Shown here piece after piece: positions 1 to 10,024 of a DNA stretch of 64,000 nucleotides. Every line of letters begins with the position of its first letter. Position 1 is the first letter of the stretch. This stretch comes from Planctomycetota bacterium (GTDB lineage Bacteria > Planctomycetota > UBA1135 > UBA2386). A program made the position numbers and the translations under genes. The notes beneath the pieces are model-generated. The model had not been told where the DNA came from and did no database searches. It saw only the letters and a list, made by a program, of their open reading frames with translations. The stretch covers positions 288,001 to 352,000 of the forward strand of contig OZ245838.1 of the NCBI GenBank assembly GCA_965228735.1, given 5' to 3'.

Positions 1-534
1 GCATCGGTCGGGCCCACACTCCGCGTCGTCGATACCGTCAGCGGCGAGCTGCGCGGGCAAGTCGCGATGGCGTCCGGTCTCGTCGGCATGGCGTTTACGT
101 CGCCAGCGAGCGTTCGGGCTCACGGAGTCGGTTGTCTGGGCACGACGTACACGCCGACGCTGATCGCTCGGAGCATCCCGGAGCTCGGTAGCACCTTCGA
201 GCTCCGCCTCGAGTTGTTGGCCGCGAGCGCTGCGGCGGCGGTGCTGGCGATCGGCTTCGATGGCGACAATTCGGCCTTCGGGCCGTTGCCGTTCAGTCTG
301 GCCCAATTCGGACTCAGGCCCACGTGTGCGTTGTGGACGAGTGCGGAGTTCTCGCTGTTCTGGGCCTTGCAGCCCAACGGCGCCCTCGGTCTTCCGTTTG
401 CGGATTACGCGCTGCCGATCCCGGTGGATCCGATGCTGGTCGGCGTCGAGTTCTTCTACCAGGCGCTGGTGAATGACCCAGGGGCGCCGGGTGGAGCGGC
501 CGTTTCGCGCGCGATCGTGGCGGTCGTGGGCTGA
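1..534 (+). CDS. 3' part of a probably secreted protein (open from the window start) ending in a Planctomycete-type C-terminal beta-sandwich domain
   Basis: Frame 1 is open from base 1 (ASVGPTLRVVDTVSGELRGQVA...) to TGA at 534. The C-terminal pattern is GxGC...P.LG.TFEL...LPFSL...C.L...LPIP.DP.L.G..FFYQA...DPG...S. Confidence 0.75.
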   Translation, partial: ASVGPTLRVVDTVSGELRGQVAMASGLVGMAFTSPASVRAHGVGCLGTTYTPTLIARSIPELGSTFELRLELLAASAAAAVLAIGFDGDNSAFGPLPFSLAQFGLRPTCALWTSAEFSLFWALQPNGALGLPFADYALPIPVDPMLVGVEFFYQALVNDPGAPGGAAVSRAIVAVVG

Positions 535-548
535 GCGGCCGTTCCGAT

Positions 549-800
549 TCACCCGCCGAGGAACGCGTCGAGCGCGCGCAGCGCGTCGCGGTATTCCGCG
601 ACGAGCAGCCAATGACGCCGAAGAACCCCTCCTGCACGCGCCACATCGCGGATCAAGTCGCCGTGCTGCGTGCGGTAGTCGAACGCACGGTGCGCACGCC
701 GCGGAGCACGGCGCGGACCCGTTCTTCCTGCCGGCGCGCCTCGTTCCAGTTGTCGACCTGCAGCGCGATGAGGATCGACACGACGAAGCGCGGCGGTGGG
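549..800 (-). pseudogene. Frameshifted/deleted relic of a DUF6090-like membrane protein
   Basis: The motif VVSILIALQVDNWNEARRQEER is in one frame, a plausible C-terminus (...EYRDALRALDAFLGG*) is in another, and there is no credible start. Confidence 0.4.
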
Positions 801-1012
801 GCGAGGAACACGCTGCGCGACGGAATCCCTCGTTCTGGCGTGACGAGGTGGGGCCGCTGGCGTCGAGGGTTCGGGTCGAGGCCGGAGCGGCAGCGGGCCG
901 TCACCTTGCAGACGTCCGGGCCGCACGCCTCGTCCCCTCTCTCTCGCCAGCGCGGGTCGTTCATCGGCCCGGGCGCTTGCACGCGCGCGCGGCTGGCCCG
1001 AAGATTCGCCCC

Positions 1013-2419
1013 ATGCGCTCCGCCCTCATCGCTGTGCTGCTGCCGGTCGCCGTCCTCGTCGCGCAGGAGTCTCCCGCCTCGGCCGAGAAGATCGACTTCA
1101 GCAAGCAGATCGCGCCGATCTTCGTGTCGCGCTGCATCGAGTGTCACGGGCCCGAGAAGGATAAGGGCGACCTGCGGCTCGACTCGCGAGAGGTCGCGTT
1201 CCCCGAGGGGGACGAGGACTACTGGGCGATCGTCGCGGGCAAGCCCGGGGAGAGCGAGCTGCTGCGGCGCGTCAAGCTGCCGCTCGGTGACGACGAGATC
1301 ATGCCCGAGAAGGGCGAGCCGCTGAGCAAGCAGGAACAGCAGCTCATCGAGCAGTGGATCCGGGAAGGGGCCGAGTGGGGCGAAGCCGGCGACAAGGCGA
1401 TCGCCGACGCGCTGGCCGCGGCCGAGATCCCGATGATCACGTTCGAGCTGCCGCCGCTCGAGGACGGCGCGGACAAGGCGATCGAGGCCGCGATGGCGGC
1501 GCTGCGGCAGCAGGGCGCGGTCGTGCAGCGCGTCGCCGAGGACACCGACGCGATCGACGTCAACCTGTCGCTGCTGCGTGACAAGGTCACGGACGAGACG
1601 CTGAAGCTGCTCGAGCCGCTCGCGCCCCGCCTCGTCTGGCTCAACGTCTCCCGCACGGCGATCACCGACGCGAGTGCTGCCTCGCTCGGCAAGCTGAAGC
1701 AGCTGCGCCGGCTGCACGTCGCGAACACCGCGGTCGGCGACGGCGCGGTGCGCGCGATGGCCGACCTCGAGAAGCTCGAGTTCGCCAACTTCTACGGCAC
1801 GAAGATCACGGACGACGCGCTGCCGTTCTTCCTGCTGATGCCCGCACTGAAGAAGCTGCACGCGTGGCAGACCGGCGTGACTGCCGAGGGTGCCAAGGCG
1901 GCGCGCGATCACTTCGCCAGGTTCGAAGTCGACGTCGGTGACTACGCCGAGGCGCGCATGGCCGCGGCGCAGAAGGAGATCGCCGAGCGCGAGGCCGCGA
2001 AGAAGGCCGAGAAGGACAAGGCCGAGAAGGACAAGGCCGACGCCGAGAAGAAGGCCGCCGAAGCCGCGAAGGCTGCCGCGAAGCCTGCTGGCGCGCCGAT
2101 CAACGACAAGTGTCCGGTGTCGGGCGCGGACGTCGATCCGGCGCACGTCGTCGAGTTCGAGGGCCGGGTCGTCGCGTTGTGCTGCGGCAAGTGCAAGGCG
2201 AAGTTCGAGAAGGACCCGAAGAAGTACGCGGGCAAGCTGCCGGCGAAGACGGCCAAGGCCGGTCCGGTCAACAGCAAGTGTCCGGTGTCGGGCGCGGACG
2301 TCGATGCGGCGCAGGTCGTCGACTTCGAGGGCAAGCAAGTCGCGTTCTGCTGCGGCAACTGCAAGAAGAAGTTCGTTGCCGACCCCAAGAAGTACGCGGC
2401 GAGGATCAAGGCCAACTGA
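1013..2419 (+). CDS. Secreted Planctomycete cytochrome c (PSCyt1-like) + leucine-rich repeats + two YHS/TRASH-like metal-binding domains
   Basis: Signal peptide, then IDFSKQIAPIFVSRCIECHG...GDLRLD...MP (CxxCH heme site), LRR units (LxxLxVxxTxITD), and two CPVSG...CCxxC...F..DPKKY repeats. Confidence 0.85.
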   Translation: MRSALIAVLLPVAVLVAQESPASAEKIDFSKQIAPIFVSRCIECHGPEKDKGDLRLDSREVAFPEGDEDYWAIVAGKPGESELLRRVKLPLGDDEIMPEKGEPLSKQEQQLIEQWIREGAEWGEAGDKAIADALAAAEIPMITFELPPLEDGADKAIEAAMAALRQQGAVVQRVAEDTDAIDVNLSLLRDKVTDETLKLLEPLAPRLVWLNVSRTAITDASAASLGKLKQLRRLHVANTAVGDGAVRAMADLEKLEFANFYGTKITDDALPFFLLMPALKKLHAWQTGVTAEGAKAARDHFARFEVDVGDYAEARMAAAQKEIAEREAAKKAEKDKAEKDKADAEKKAAEAAKAAAKPAGAPINDKCPVSGADVDPAHVVEFEGRVVALCCGKCKAKFEKDPKKYAGKLPAKTAKAGPVNSKCPVSGADVDAAQVVDFEGKQVAFCCGNCKKKFVADPKKYAARIKAN

Positions 2420-2426
2420 CGGTCCG

Positions 2427-3212
2427 ATGAGCGATCGCTCCGCGACCGAGTGGGCCGAGTTGCTCGCGCAGAACTGGCAGGCGCGCGCCGCGCTGCCGTC
2501 GCGCGACCTGTTCGTCGCGTCGCACCCGGGCTGGAACGACGAGGCGGCCTGGGAGCAGCACGCGAGCACCGAGCTCGAGCTCTTCCTCGCAGGACTCGAC
2601 GCCGACTGGCTGCGGACCGTCGACGTGCTCGAGCTCGGCTGCGGCTCGGGCCGGCTCGCTCGCAAACTGCGCGAGCGCGCGCGGTCCTACACCGGGTTCG
2701 ACATCGCGCAGGGCATGGTCGAGGCGGCCGAAGCGCGCACGGCGGGCACGCCCGATACGCGCTTCTTCGTCGGTGACGGACTGTCCGTGCCGGCCGGGGC
2801 GCGGGATCGCGAGTACGGCCTCGTGCTCGCCTGTGCGGTCTTCATCCACTGCCCGCGACCGGTGATCGCCGCCAACGTGCGCGACGCGTTCCAGGTGATC
2901 CAGCCGGGTGGCCAGCTGCGCCTGTCGGTGCTCGCGGTGACGGACGATCCCGAAGGCATCGTCGGCTCGCAGGACGCCGTCGCGCGCGCGAGCGACGCGG
3001 CGCAAGGCGACATGCAGCAGGTGATCGACAACCTGACGCCGGAAGAACGGCGCCTCGCGTTCGACACCTACTACATGGGCGATCGGTTCCGGTACGCGGA
3101 GCTCGGCCCCTTCCTGGAGGAGCAGGCCGGGGCCGACGGGCTCGGCGCCAGCGTCGAGCTCTACCGCGGCGATCCCGGCGCGATCTACGCCGCGGTGACG
3201 AAGCCGGCGTGA
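2427..3212 (+). CDS. Class I SAM-dependent methyltransferase
   Basis: Motifs VLELGCGSGR, YTGFDIA, GDG and ...PGGQL; ATG lies 7 nt after the upstream stop. Confidence 0.85.
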   Translation: MSDRSATEWAELLAQNWQARAALPSRDLFVASHPGWNDEAAWEQHASTELELFLAGLDADWLRTVDVLELGCGSGRLARKLRERARSYTGFDIAQGMVEAAEARTAGTPDTRFFVGDGLSVPAGARDREYGLVLACAVFIHCPRPVIAANVRDAFQVIQPGGQLRLSVLAVTDDPEGIVGSQDAVARASDAAQGDMQQVIDNLTPEERRLAFDTYYMGDRFRYAELGPFLEEQAGADGLGASVELYRGDPGAIYAAVTKPA

Positions 3213-3216
3213 TGCC

Positions 3217-4236
3217 CTACTTCAGGATCCGCTCGAACAGCTTGGCGTGCTTCTTCGGGTCCTTGGCCTTCTGCTTCAGCGTCTTCGCGTACTTCTTCGC
3301 CGCGGCCTCGTCGCCGAGCGGGCCGGCCGCCCACTGCGCGGCCTGCGCGAGCATCTTCTCGAACAAAGCGCTGTCCTGCGGCTCGAGCGCGACGAGTCCG
3401 TCGAGCGCCGTGAGGAACGCGCGCGCGGTCGTGTCGTCCTTGACGCCCTTCATCCGGCTGCTGACGACCTGCTCGTGGAGGCCCTTCTCGTTCTTCGGGT
3501 CGAGTTCGAGGGCCTTCTCGATCGTGGTTTCTTCGGCCTGCCCTGACTTCAGCAGCGCTGCGACCGCCTTCTCCACGACCGCCATGTCATTCGAAGCGAC
3601 GGCGGGTCGGGCGATCGTCGCGAGCTGGTTGGCGCCGATCGCGCCGGGCTCCAGGGTGGCGAGCTTGTCGATGGCGAGAGCCTGCACCGCGGCCTTCGAC
3701 GGGCCCTTCGCCGCCTCGAACTTCGCGACGAGCTCCTGGATCTCCGCGAGGTTGCGCTTGCCTTCGGTGCGCATCTGGTCGAGCGACTCGACGTATTTTT
3801 CCGGGCCACCGCGCTGGTAGCCGGTCTTGCCGTAGACGTCGCCGTCGGCCGTCATCAACAGGACGGTCGGGAAGCCCCGGACCCCGTGCTTGTCCTTGAG
3901 CTCGTTGTTGCGCTCCGGGTTCGGGACCTTCGCCTTGGCCTCCTGGCCGCGCGGGAAGTCGAGCGCGACGAGCACGAAGTTCGGCTCGACGCCCTTCTGG
4001 AACGCGTCGTGCGCGAAGACCTCCTCATCGAGCTTGATGCACCAGCCGCACCAGTCCGAGCCGGTGAAGTCGACGAGCAGGTCCTTGCCGGCCTTCCTGG
4101 CGACCGCGGCGGCCTCGTCGAAGTCGGCGTACCAGTGGCCGGCGCCGTGGCCGGTCTGCGCGTCGTCCTGGCCGATGGCGACGGGGGTCAGGAGCGTGGC
4201 GGCGAAGAGAACGGTAGTAACGGATCGTGATCTCAT
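3217..4236 (-). CDS. Secreted thioredoxin-family protein (Thioredoxin_7/DsbD-gamma-like) with helical C-terminus
   Basis: Signal peptide, LLVDFTGSDWCGWCIKL, and a GFPT cis-Pro loop. Confidence 0.85.
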   Translation of the reverse strand: MRSRSVTTVLFAATLLTPVAIGQDDAQTGHGAGHWYADFDEAAAVARKAGKDLLVDFTGSDWCGWCIKLDEEVFAHDAFQKGVEPNFVLVALDFPRGQEAKAKVPNPERNNELKDKHGVRGFPTVLLMTADGDVYGKTGYQRGGPEKYVESLDQMRTEGKRNLAEIQELVAKFEAAKGPSKAAVQALAIDKLATLEPGAIGANQLATIARPAVASNDMAVVEKAVAALLKSGQAEETTIEKALELDPKNEKGLHEQVVSSRMKGVKDDTTARAFLTALDGLVALEPQDSALFEKMLAQAAQWAAGPLGDEAAAKKYAKTLKQKAKDPKKHAKLFERILK

Positions 4237-4327
4237 GGTTCACGAGCGCTTACGACCGCGCGCGAGCTGCGTGCCGGCGGAATGCCGAAGATTCGTCCGT
4301 GTTACAACCGGACTCCCTCTACACCAT

Positions 4328-4819
4328 CTAGTGCTCGTGCCCGCCCGGCCCGTGCACGTGGCCGTGCTGCTTCTCTTCGTCCGTCGCTTCGCGCACGTCG
4401 ACGACCTCGACCTTGAAGCTCAGCTGCTGGCCGGCGAGCGGGTGGTTGGCGGTCACGACGACGCTCTCCTCCTCGATCTTGCGGATCCAGACCGGCATCG
4501 GCTGGCCGTTCGGGCCGCGCGTCTGGAACGACATGCCGGGCTGCAGCTGGACGTCGCCGGGGAACGCCGACTTCGGTACCGACTGCTCGGCGGTCGGGTC
4601 GTACTGGCCGTAGCCCTCCTCCGGGCTGACCTCGACCTCGCAGGTGTCGCCGACGTTCTTGCCGGCCAGCTGCTTCTCGAGGCCGGGGACGATGTTCTGC
4701 GCGCCGTGCAGATAGACGAGCGGGTCGCCGCCGAACGAGTCGTCGGCGACCGTGCCGTCGTCGAGGGTCAGGCGGTAGTGAATGGTCACGGCGTGACCGT
4801 CGGCGATCGCGGGCTTCAT
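4328..4819 (-). CDS. slyD: FKBP-type peptidyl-prolyl isomerase SlyD
   Basis: IHYRLT...PLVYLHGAQNIVPGLEKQL...NHPLAGQQLSF...HGHVHG His-rich tail. Confidence 0.93.
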   Translation of the reverse strand: MKPAIADGHAVTIHYRLTLDDGTVADDSFGGDPLVYLHGAQNIVPGLEKQLAGKNVGDTCEVEVSPEEGYGQYDPTAEQSVPKSAFPGDVQLQPGMSFQTRGPNGQPMPVWIRKIEEESVVVTANHPLAGQQLSFKVEVVDVREATDEEKQHGHVHGPGGHEH

Positions 4820-4947
4820 TGATGGCCCAGCCTAGACGGGGTGCGGCCGCATGGAACCGCGCCGTGGACAATACGGGGCTTTCTTTGCCAGCGCCGATCC
4901 CGCATAACGGCGCGGCCCCGCTTCCCTAGCCCTCTCTGCGCCGTCCG

Positions 4948-6621
4948 TTGAGCTCCGAGACCTTCCGCCGCCTCCTCCTCGAAACGAACGTGCTCGACGA
5001 GGCCCGCCTCGACAAGGCCGAGGCCGCCGCCTCGTCCCGGGGCGTCGCCCTCGAGCGCGCCGTCGTCGCGCTCAACCTCGCCGACGAGACCTCGGTATGG
5101 CGGGCGCTCGCCAAGGCGCACGGCATCAAGTTCGTCGACCCGCAGAAGCTCGTGCCGCAACCCGCGGCGCTCGAGAAGGTGCCGCTCGAGCAGATCGAGG
5201 TGAACGAAGCATTGCCGGTGCTGCTCAAGGACGACGTCCTGTGGGTCGCGATCGACGACCCGTTCAAGACGTTCGTCGCGGACAACCTGTCGTTCCTCGC
5301 GGGCTGCACGGTGCAGTGCGCGCTCATGCCGCCCGACGCGCTCAAGCAGGCGATCCGCAAGCTCGCGGGCGGCGGCGGTTCCTCGACGACGCGCGACGGT
5401 CGGCGCGTGACGAGCTCCGCCACCGAGGCCGAGGGCGAGGACGCGCCGATCATCCGGCTCGTCAGCAAGACGATCGAGGAAGCGCTCGAACAGCGCGCGA
5501 GCGATATCCACATCGAGCCGTTCCAGCAGCGCCTGCGTGTGCGGTATCGCGTCGACGGCGTGCTCAAGGAGATCTCGTCGCTCGAGATGTCACTGCACGC
5601 GCCGACGACGTCGCGCATCAAGATCATGGCCGGGCTCGACATCGCGGAGAAGCGGCGGCCGCAGGACGGTCGCATCGCGTTCCGCGCGCGCGGCAGCGAC
5701 GGGCAGACGCGCGACATCGACATCCGCACGTCGGTGCTCCCGGGCAGCCACGGCGAGACCATCGTCATGCGTCTGCTCGACAAGGAGCGCGGGCTCATGA
5801 GCCTCGAGGGGCTCGGCTTCGAAGGCGACGACCGCGAGCGCTTCCGCGGCATCATCAAGCGGCCGAACGGCATCGTGCTCGTCACGGGGCCGACCGGTTC
5901 TGGCAAGACGACGACGCTGTATGCGGCCCTGCAGGAGCTCAACCGCCCCGACGTCAAGATCATCACGGCCGAGGACCCGGTCGAGTTCAACATCCGCGGC
6001 ATCAACCAGTGCCAGGTGCGCGCGCCGATCGGACTCACGTTCGCGCGGATCCTGCGCGCGATGCTGCGCCAGGCACCCAACGTCGTGCTCGTCGGTGAGA
6101 TCCGCGACCGCGAGACCGCGGAGATCGCGGTGCAGGCCGCGCTCACGGGCCACCTCGTATTCAGCACGCTGCACACCAACGACTCGGTCTCGGCGCTGAC
6201 GCGGCTCATCGACATGGGCGTCAAGCCGTTCCTCGTCGCCGCGTCGGTGCAGGCCGTGCTCGCGCAGCGGCTCGTGCGCGTGCTCTGCAACAACTGCCGG
6301 CAGGAGACCGAAGTGTCCGCAACCGACCTGCGCTCCGTCGGCATCGACCCGGCGAGCGCATCGTCGGCGTCGCTCTATCGCGCCGAAGGGTGCGACAACT
6401 GTGAACAATCGGGCTATCGCGGCCGACTCGGCGTCTACGAACTGCTGCAGATGGACCGCACGATGCGGGAGATGACGTTCCGCGGCGAACCGACGGTGCG
6501 CCTGCGGGAATACGCGTACCAGTCCGGCGGCATGTCGACGCTGCTGCAGGACGGCGCCCGCAAGGTGCTCGGCGGCCGCACGACGGTGAACGAGCTGCTG
6601 CGCGTCGTCGCCGCGACCTGA
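4948..6621 (+). CDS. GspE/PilB-family secretion/pilus assembly ATPase
   Basis: ASDIHIEP, PQDGR, Walker [35 protein letters not shown], and a CxxC...CxxC Zn site; TTG start. Confidence 0.92.
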   Translation: MSSETFRRLLLETNVLDEARLDKAEAAASSRGVALERAVVALNLADETSVWRALAKAHGIKFVDPQKLVPQPAALEKVPLEQIEVNEALPVLLKDDVLWVAIDDPFKTFVADNLSFLAGCTVQCALMPPDALKQAIRKLAGGGGSSTTRDGRRVTSSATEAEGEDAPIIRLVSKTIEEALEQRASDIHIEPFQQRLRVRYRVDGVLKEISSLEMSLHAPTTSRIKIMAGLDIAEKRRPQDGRIAFRARGSDGQTRDIDIRTSVLPGSHGETIVMRLLDKERGLMSLEGLGFEGDDRERFRGIIKRPNGIVLVTGPTGSGKTTTLYAALQELNRPDVKIITAEDPVEFNIRGINQCQVRAPIGLTFARILRAMLRQAPNVVLVGEIRDRETAEIAVQAALTGHLVFSTLHTNDSVSALTRLIDMGVKPFLVAASVQAVLAQRLVRVLCNNCRQETEVSATDLRSVGIDPASASSASLYRAEGCDNCEQSGYRGRLGVYELLQMDRTMREMTFRGEPTVRLREYAYQSGGMSTLLQDGARKVLGGRTTVNELLRVVAAT

Positions 6622-6671
6622 TCACCCGCGACCTGAACTGGCCCCTCGGAATCGACTTCGGAGCAACACCC

Positions 6672-7736
6672 TTGGACATCTTCCAACTCATGGACGCCGC
6701 CTACGAACGCGGCGCCTCGGACCTTCATCTGTCGGTCGGCCGCGCGCCCGTCCTGCGCGTGTCGGGCGGCCTCGTCGAGGTCGGTGACGCATCGCTGACG
6801 CCGGAGGACACGGCGGCGATGGCCAAGGCCGTGTGTCCGGAGCGCAACCACAAGGAGCTCGAGGAGACCGGGTCGACCGACTTCGGGTACGCGTTCCAGG
6901 ACAAGTGCCGGTTCCGCGTCAGCGTGCTCACGCAGAAGGGCTCGCGCGGCATCGTCATGCGCCAGATCCCGCAGGAGCTGATGTCGTTCGATCAGATCGG
7001 GCTGCCCGAATCGGTCGTCGAGATGCTCGATCTGCACCGCGGTCTAGTGCTCGTCACCGGCCCGACGGGCTCCGGCAAGACGACGACGCTCGCGACGATG
7101 ATCGATCACATCAACAAGACGCGCGACGTCCACATCATCACGATCGAGGACCCGGTCGAGTACTACCACACGCACCAGAAGTCGCAGATCACGCAGCGCG
7201 AGGTCGGGACGGACGTGACGTCGTTCGCCGAGGCGATGCGCCGCGCGCTGCGTCAGGACCCGGACGTGATCCTGCTCGGTGAGATGCGCGATCTCGAGAC
7301 GACGTCGGCCGCGATCACGGCGGCGGAGACGGGCCACCTCGTCTTCGGCACGCTGCACACGACGGGCGCGGCGCGCACCGTCGATCGCATCATCGATCAA
7401 TACCCGCGCGAACAGCAGGAACAGATCCGTTCGCAGCTGTCCGTGTCGCTCGTCGCCGTGATCTCGCAGATCCTCGTCCCGGGTGCGAGCGGCGGGCGCT
7501 GCGCGGCGTTCGAGGTGATGATCACGAACCCGGCGATCGAGAACCACATCCGCAAGAGCGAGACGTTCAAGATCCCGTCGGTCATCCAGACGAGTCGGCG
7601 TCAGGGCATGATGCTCATGGACGACTGCCTGCTCGATCTCTATCGCGAGGGTCGCATCACGCGCGAGGTCGCGCTCGAGCGCGCGTTCGACGAGAAGGCG
7701 CTCCTGGCCCGCATGGGCGGCGGGGCGGCGGAGTAG
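6672..7736 (+). CDS. pilT: Type IV pilus retraction ATPase PilT
   Basis: [52 protein letters not shown], and an AIENHIRK (AIRNLIRE-like) motif. Confidence 0.92.
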   Translation: MDIFQLMDAAYERGASDLHLSVGRAPVLRVSGGLVEVGDASLTPEDTAAMAKAVCPERNHKELEETGSTDFGYAFQDKCRFRVSVLTQKGSRGIVMRQIPQELMSFDQIGLPESVVEMLDLHRGLVLVTGPTGSGKTTTLATMIDHINKTRDVHIITIEDPVEYYHTHQKSQITQREVGTDVTSFAEAMRRALRQDPDVILLGEMRDLETTSAAITAAETGHLVFGTLHTTGAARTVDRIIDQYPREQQEQIRSQLSVSLVAVISQILVPGASGGRCAAFEVMITNPAIENHIRKSETFKIPSVIQTSRRQGMMLMDDCLLDLYREGRITREVALERAFDEKALLARMGGGAAE

Positions 7737-7742
7737 CGGGTC

Positions 7743-9434
7743 ATGGCAGCGCGACGACTGCTGGGCCAGATCCTCAAGGAGATGGGCCTGATCCACGAGG
7801 GCAACGTCCAGGAGGCGCTGCAGACGCAGCGTGACAACGGCGGCCGCATCGGCGAGATCCTCGTCGAGATGAAGTGCGTCGAGCCGACCGACGTGGCGCG
7901 CGCGCTCGGCGAGCAGGCAGGGCTGCAGTATCACGACCTCGCGGCCGAGCCGCCGCAGCACGAAGCCGTCGCCAAGCTCGACCTCGGCACCGCCCGCGCG
8001 TTCGGCGTCATGCCGGTCAAGCTCGACGGCCAGACGCTCACGGTCGCGATCGGCGACCCGGCCAACGCGGCGTTGCTGTCGGATCTCGGGTTCACGACGG
8101 GCTGCGAGATCGTCGGCGTCGTCGCCGATCAGCAAGCGATCGACGCGGGCCTCGACAAGTTCTACGTCGAGGAGGCGGCGCAGAGCAAAGAACGCATGCA
8201 GGAGCTCGTGTCCGAGCTCTCGCAACAGAGCGGGCAGATCGATCTCGAGGACAAGGCCGCGATGGCTTCGGCCGCGCCGGTCGTCAAGCTGCTCAACTAC
8301 ATCCTCTACCAGGCGATCCGCGATCAGGCGTCCGACGTCCATCTCGAGCCGTTCGAGAACGACTTCAAGATCCGCTACCGCGTCGACGGCTCTCTGTTCG
8401 AGCTCGAGGCGCCGCCCCCGCACCTCGCCGAGGCGCTGATCGCCCGCGTCAAGGTCATGTCCGACCTCGACATCGCCGAGACCCGGCTGCCGCAGGACGG
8501 CCGCATCGAGCTCACGGTGGGCGGGCGTTCCGTCGATCTGCGTGTTTCCACGCTGCCCACGATGTTCGGCGAGTCGACCGTGATGCGCGTGCTCGACCGT
8601 TCGGTCGTGTCGCTGAGCCTCGACCGCCTCGGGCTGCAGCCCAAGGTCAAGCAGCAGCTGCGTCACTTCGTCGAACTGCCGCACGGCATCATGCTCGTGA
8701 CGGGGCCGACGGGCTCCGGCAAGACGACGACGCTCTACGCGATGCTCAACGAGGCCAACGACGAAGAGACCAAGGTCATCACCGTCGAGGACCCGGTCGA
8801 GTACGACCTCGAGGGCATCATCCAGGTGCCGGTCAACGAGGAGATCGACGTCACCTACGCGAAGGTGCTGCGCACGATCCTGCGTCAGGATCCGGACGTG
8901 ATCCTCGTCGGTGAGATTCGCGACCGCGAGACGGCGCAGACGGCGATCGAGGCGTCGCTCACGGGTCACCTCGTGTTCTCGACGCTGCACACCAACGACG
9001 CCGCGTCCGCCGTCACGCGACTCGCGGACATCGGCATCGAACCGTTCCTGCTCACCGCGACGTTGCAGGGCATTCTCGCGCAGCGCCTCGTGCGTCGCAT
9101 CTGCACCGAGTGCAAGACGTTCTACGAGCCCGGCGACGACGTGCTGCGGCGGCTCGAGCTCACGAACGATCAGGTCGCGGGCGCCAAGTTCGCCTACGGC
9201 AAGGGCTGTCAGCTCTGCAACTTCACGGGGTACCGCGGTCGCATGGCGATCACCGAGGTGTTCGTCATCGACGACCGCATCCGCGAGATGATCCTGGATG
9301 GCGTGAGCACCGCGCAGCTGCAGGAGGCCGCCGTCGAGGCCGGCATGTCGACGCTGCGCGAGAGCGGCATCGAGGCGATCTTCAGCGGCGAGTCGACGGT
9401 CGAGGAAGTGTTGCGCGAGGCCGGTCACTCATGA
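7743..9434 (+). CDS. GspE/PilB-family ATPase with MshEN-like N-terminus
   Basis: RLLGQIL...RIGEILV N-terminal motif, ASDVHLEP, Walker A, GEIRD, and Zn-binding CxxC pairs. Confidence 0.92.
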   Translation: MAARRLLGQILKEMGLIHEGNVQEALQTQRDNGGRIGEILVEMKCVEPTDVARALGEQAGLQYHDLAAEPPQHEAVAKLDLGTARAFGVMPVKLDGQTLTVAIGDPANAALLSDLGFTTGCEIVGVVADQQAIDAGLDKFYVEEAAQSKERMQELVSELSQQSGQIDLEDKAAMASAAPVVKLLNYILYQAIRDQASDVHLEPFENDFKIRYRVDGSLFELEAPPPHLAEALIARVKVMSDLDIAETRLPQDGRIELTVGGRSVDLRVSTLPTMFGESTVMRVLDRSVVSLSLDRLGLQPKVKQQLRHFVELPHGIMLVTGPTGSGKTTTLYAMLNEANDEETKVITVEDPVEYDLEGIIQVPVNEEIDVTYAKVLRTILRQDPDVILVGEIRDRETAQTAIEASLTGHLVFSTLHTNDAASAVTRLADIGIEPFLLTATLQGILAQRLVRRICTECKTFYEPGDDVLRRLELTNDQVAGAKFAYGKGCQLCNFTGYRGRMAITEVFVIDDRIREMILDGVSTAQLQEAAVEAGMSTLRESGIEAIFSGESTVEEVLREAGHS

Positions 9435-10024
9435 GTTCTGCCGAAGACCCGAGGAGCGACGAGCCGGCCAAGGCCGAGTTCGAGGCCGCCGTTCGGATCA
9501 TGCTCGCGCAGCTCGATCCCGAGCCCGAGCGCGAGGGCCTCGTCGACACGCCCAAACGCGTCGAGAAGGCGTTCCGCTTCTACACCGCCGGCTACCAGCG
9601 GGACGCGAAAGCGGTCGTCGGTGACGCGCTGTTCGAGGCCGAGACCGACGAGATGGTCGTCGTGAAGGACATCGAGCTCTACTCGCTCTGCGAGCACCAT
9701 CTCGCGCCGTTCTTCGGCAAGGCCCACGTCGCCTACATCCCCGGTGACAAGATCGTCGGTCTGAGTAAGCTCGCGCGCGTCGTCGACGTCTTCGCGCGGC
9801 GCCTGCAGGTGCAGGAACGCCTGACGATGCAGATCGCCGAAGCGCTCAACGACGTGCTCAAGCCGCGCGGTGTCGGCGTCGTGATCGAAGCCAGCCACCT
9901 CTGCATGATGATGCGCGGCGTCGCGAAGCAGAACAGCAGCACCGTGACGTCGTGTCTCCTCGGTCTCTTCCGCAAGGACGAGCGCACGCGCGCCGAGTTC
10001 TTGCGGCTGATCGGCGGGCGGTAG
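9431..10024 (+). CDS. folE: GTP cyclohydrolase I FolE
   Basis: [48 protein letters not shown] overlap with the upstream stop. Confidence 0.95.
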   Translation: MSSAEDPRSDEPAKAEFEAAVRIMLAQLDPEPEREGLVDTPKRVEKAFRFYTAGYQRDAKAVVGDALFEAETDEMVVVKDIELYSLCEHHLAPFFGKAHVAYIPGDKIVGLSKLARVVDVFARRLQVQERLTMQIAEALNDVLKPRGVGVVIEASHLCMMMRGVAKQNSSTVTSCLLGLFRKDERTRAEFLRLIGGR

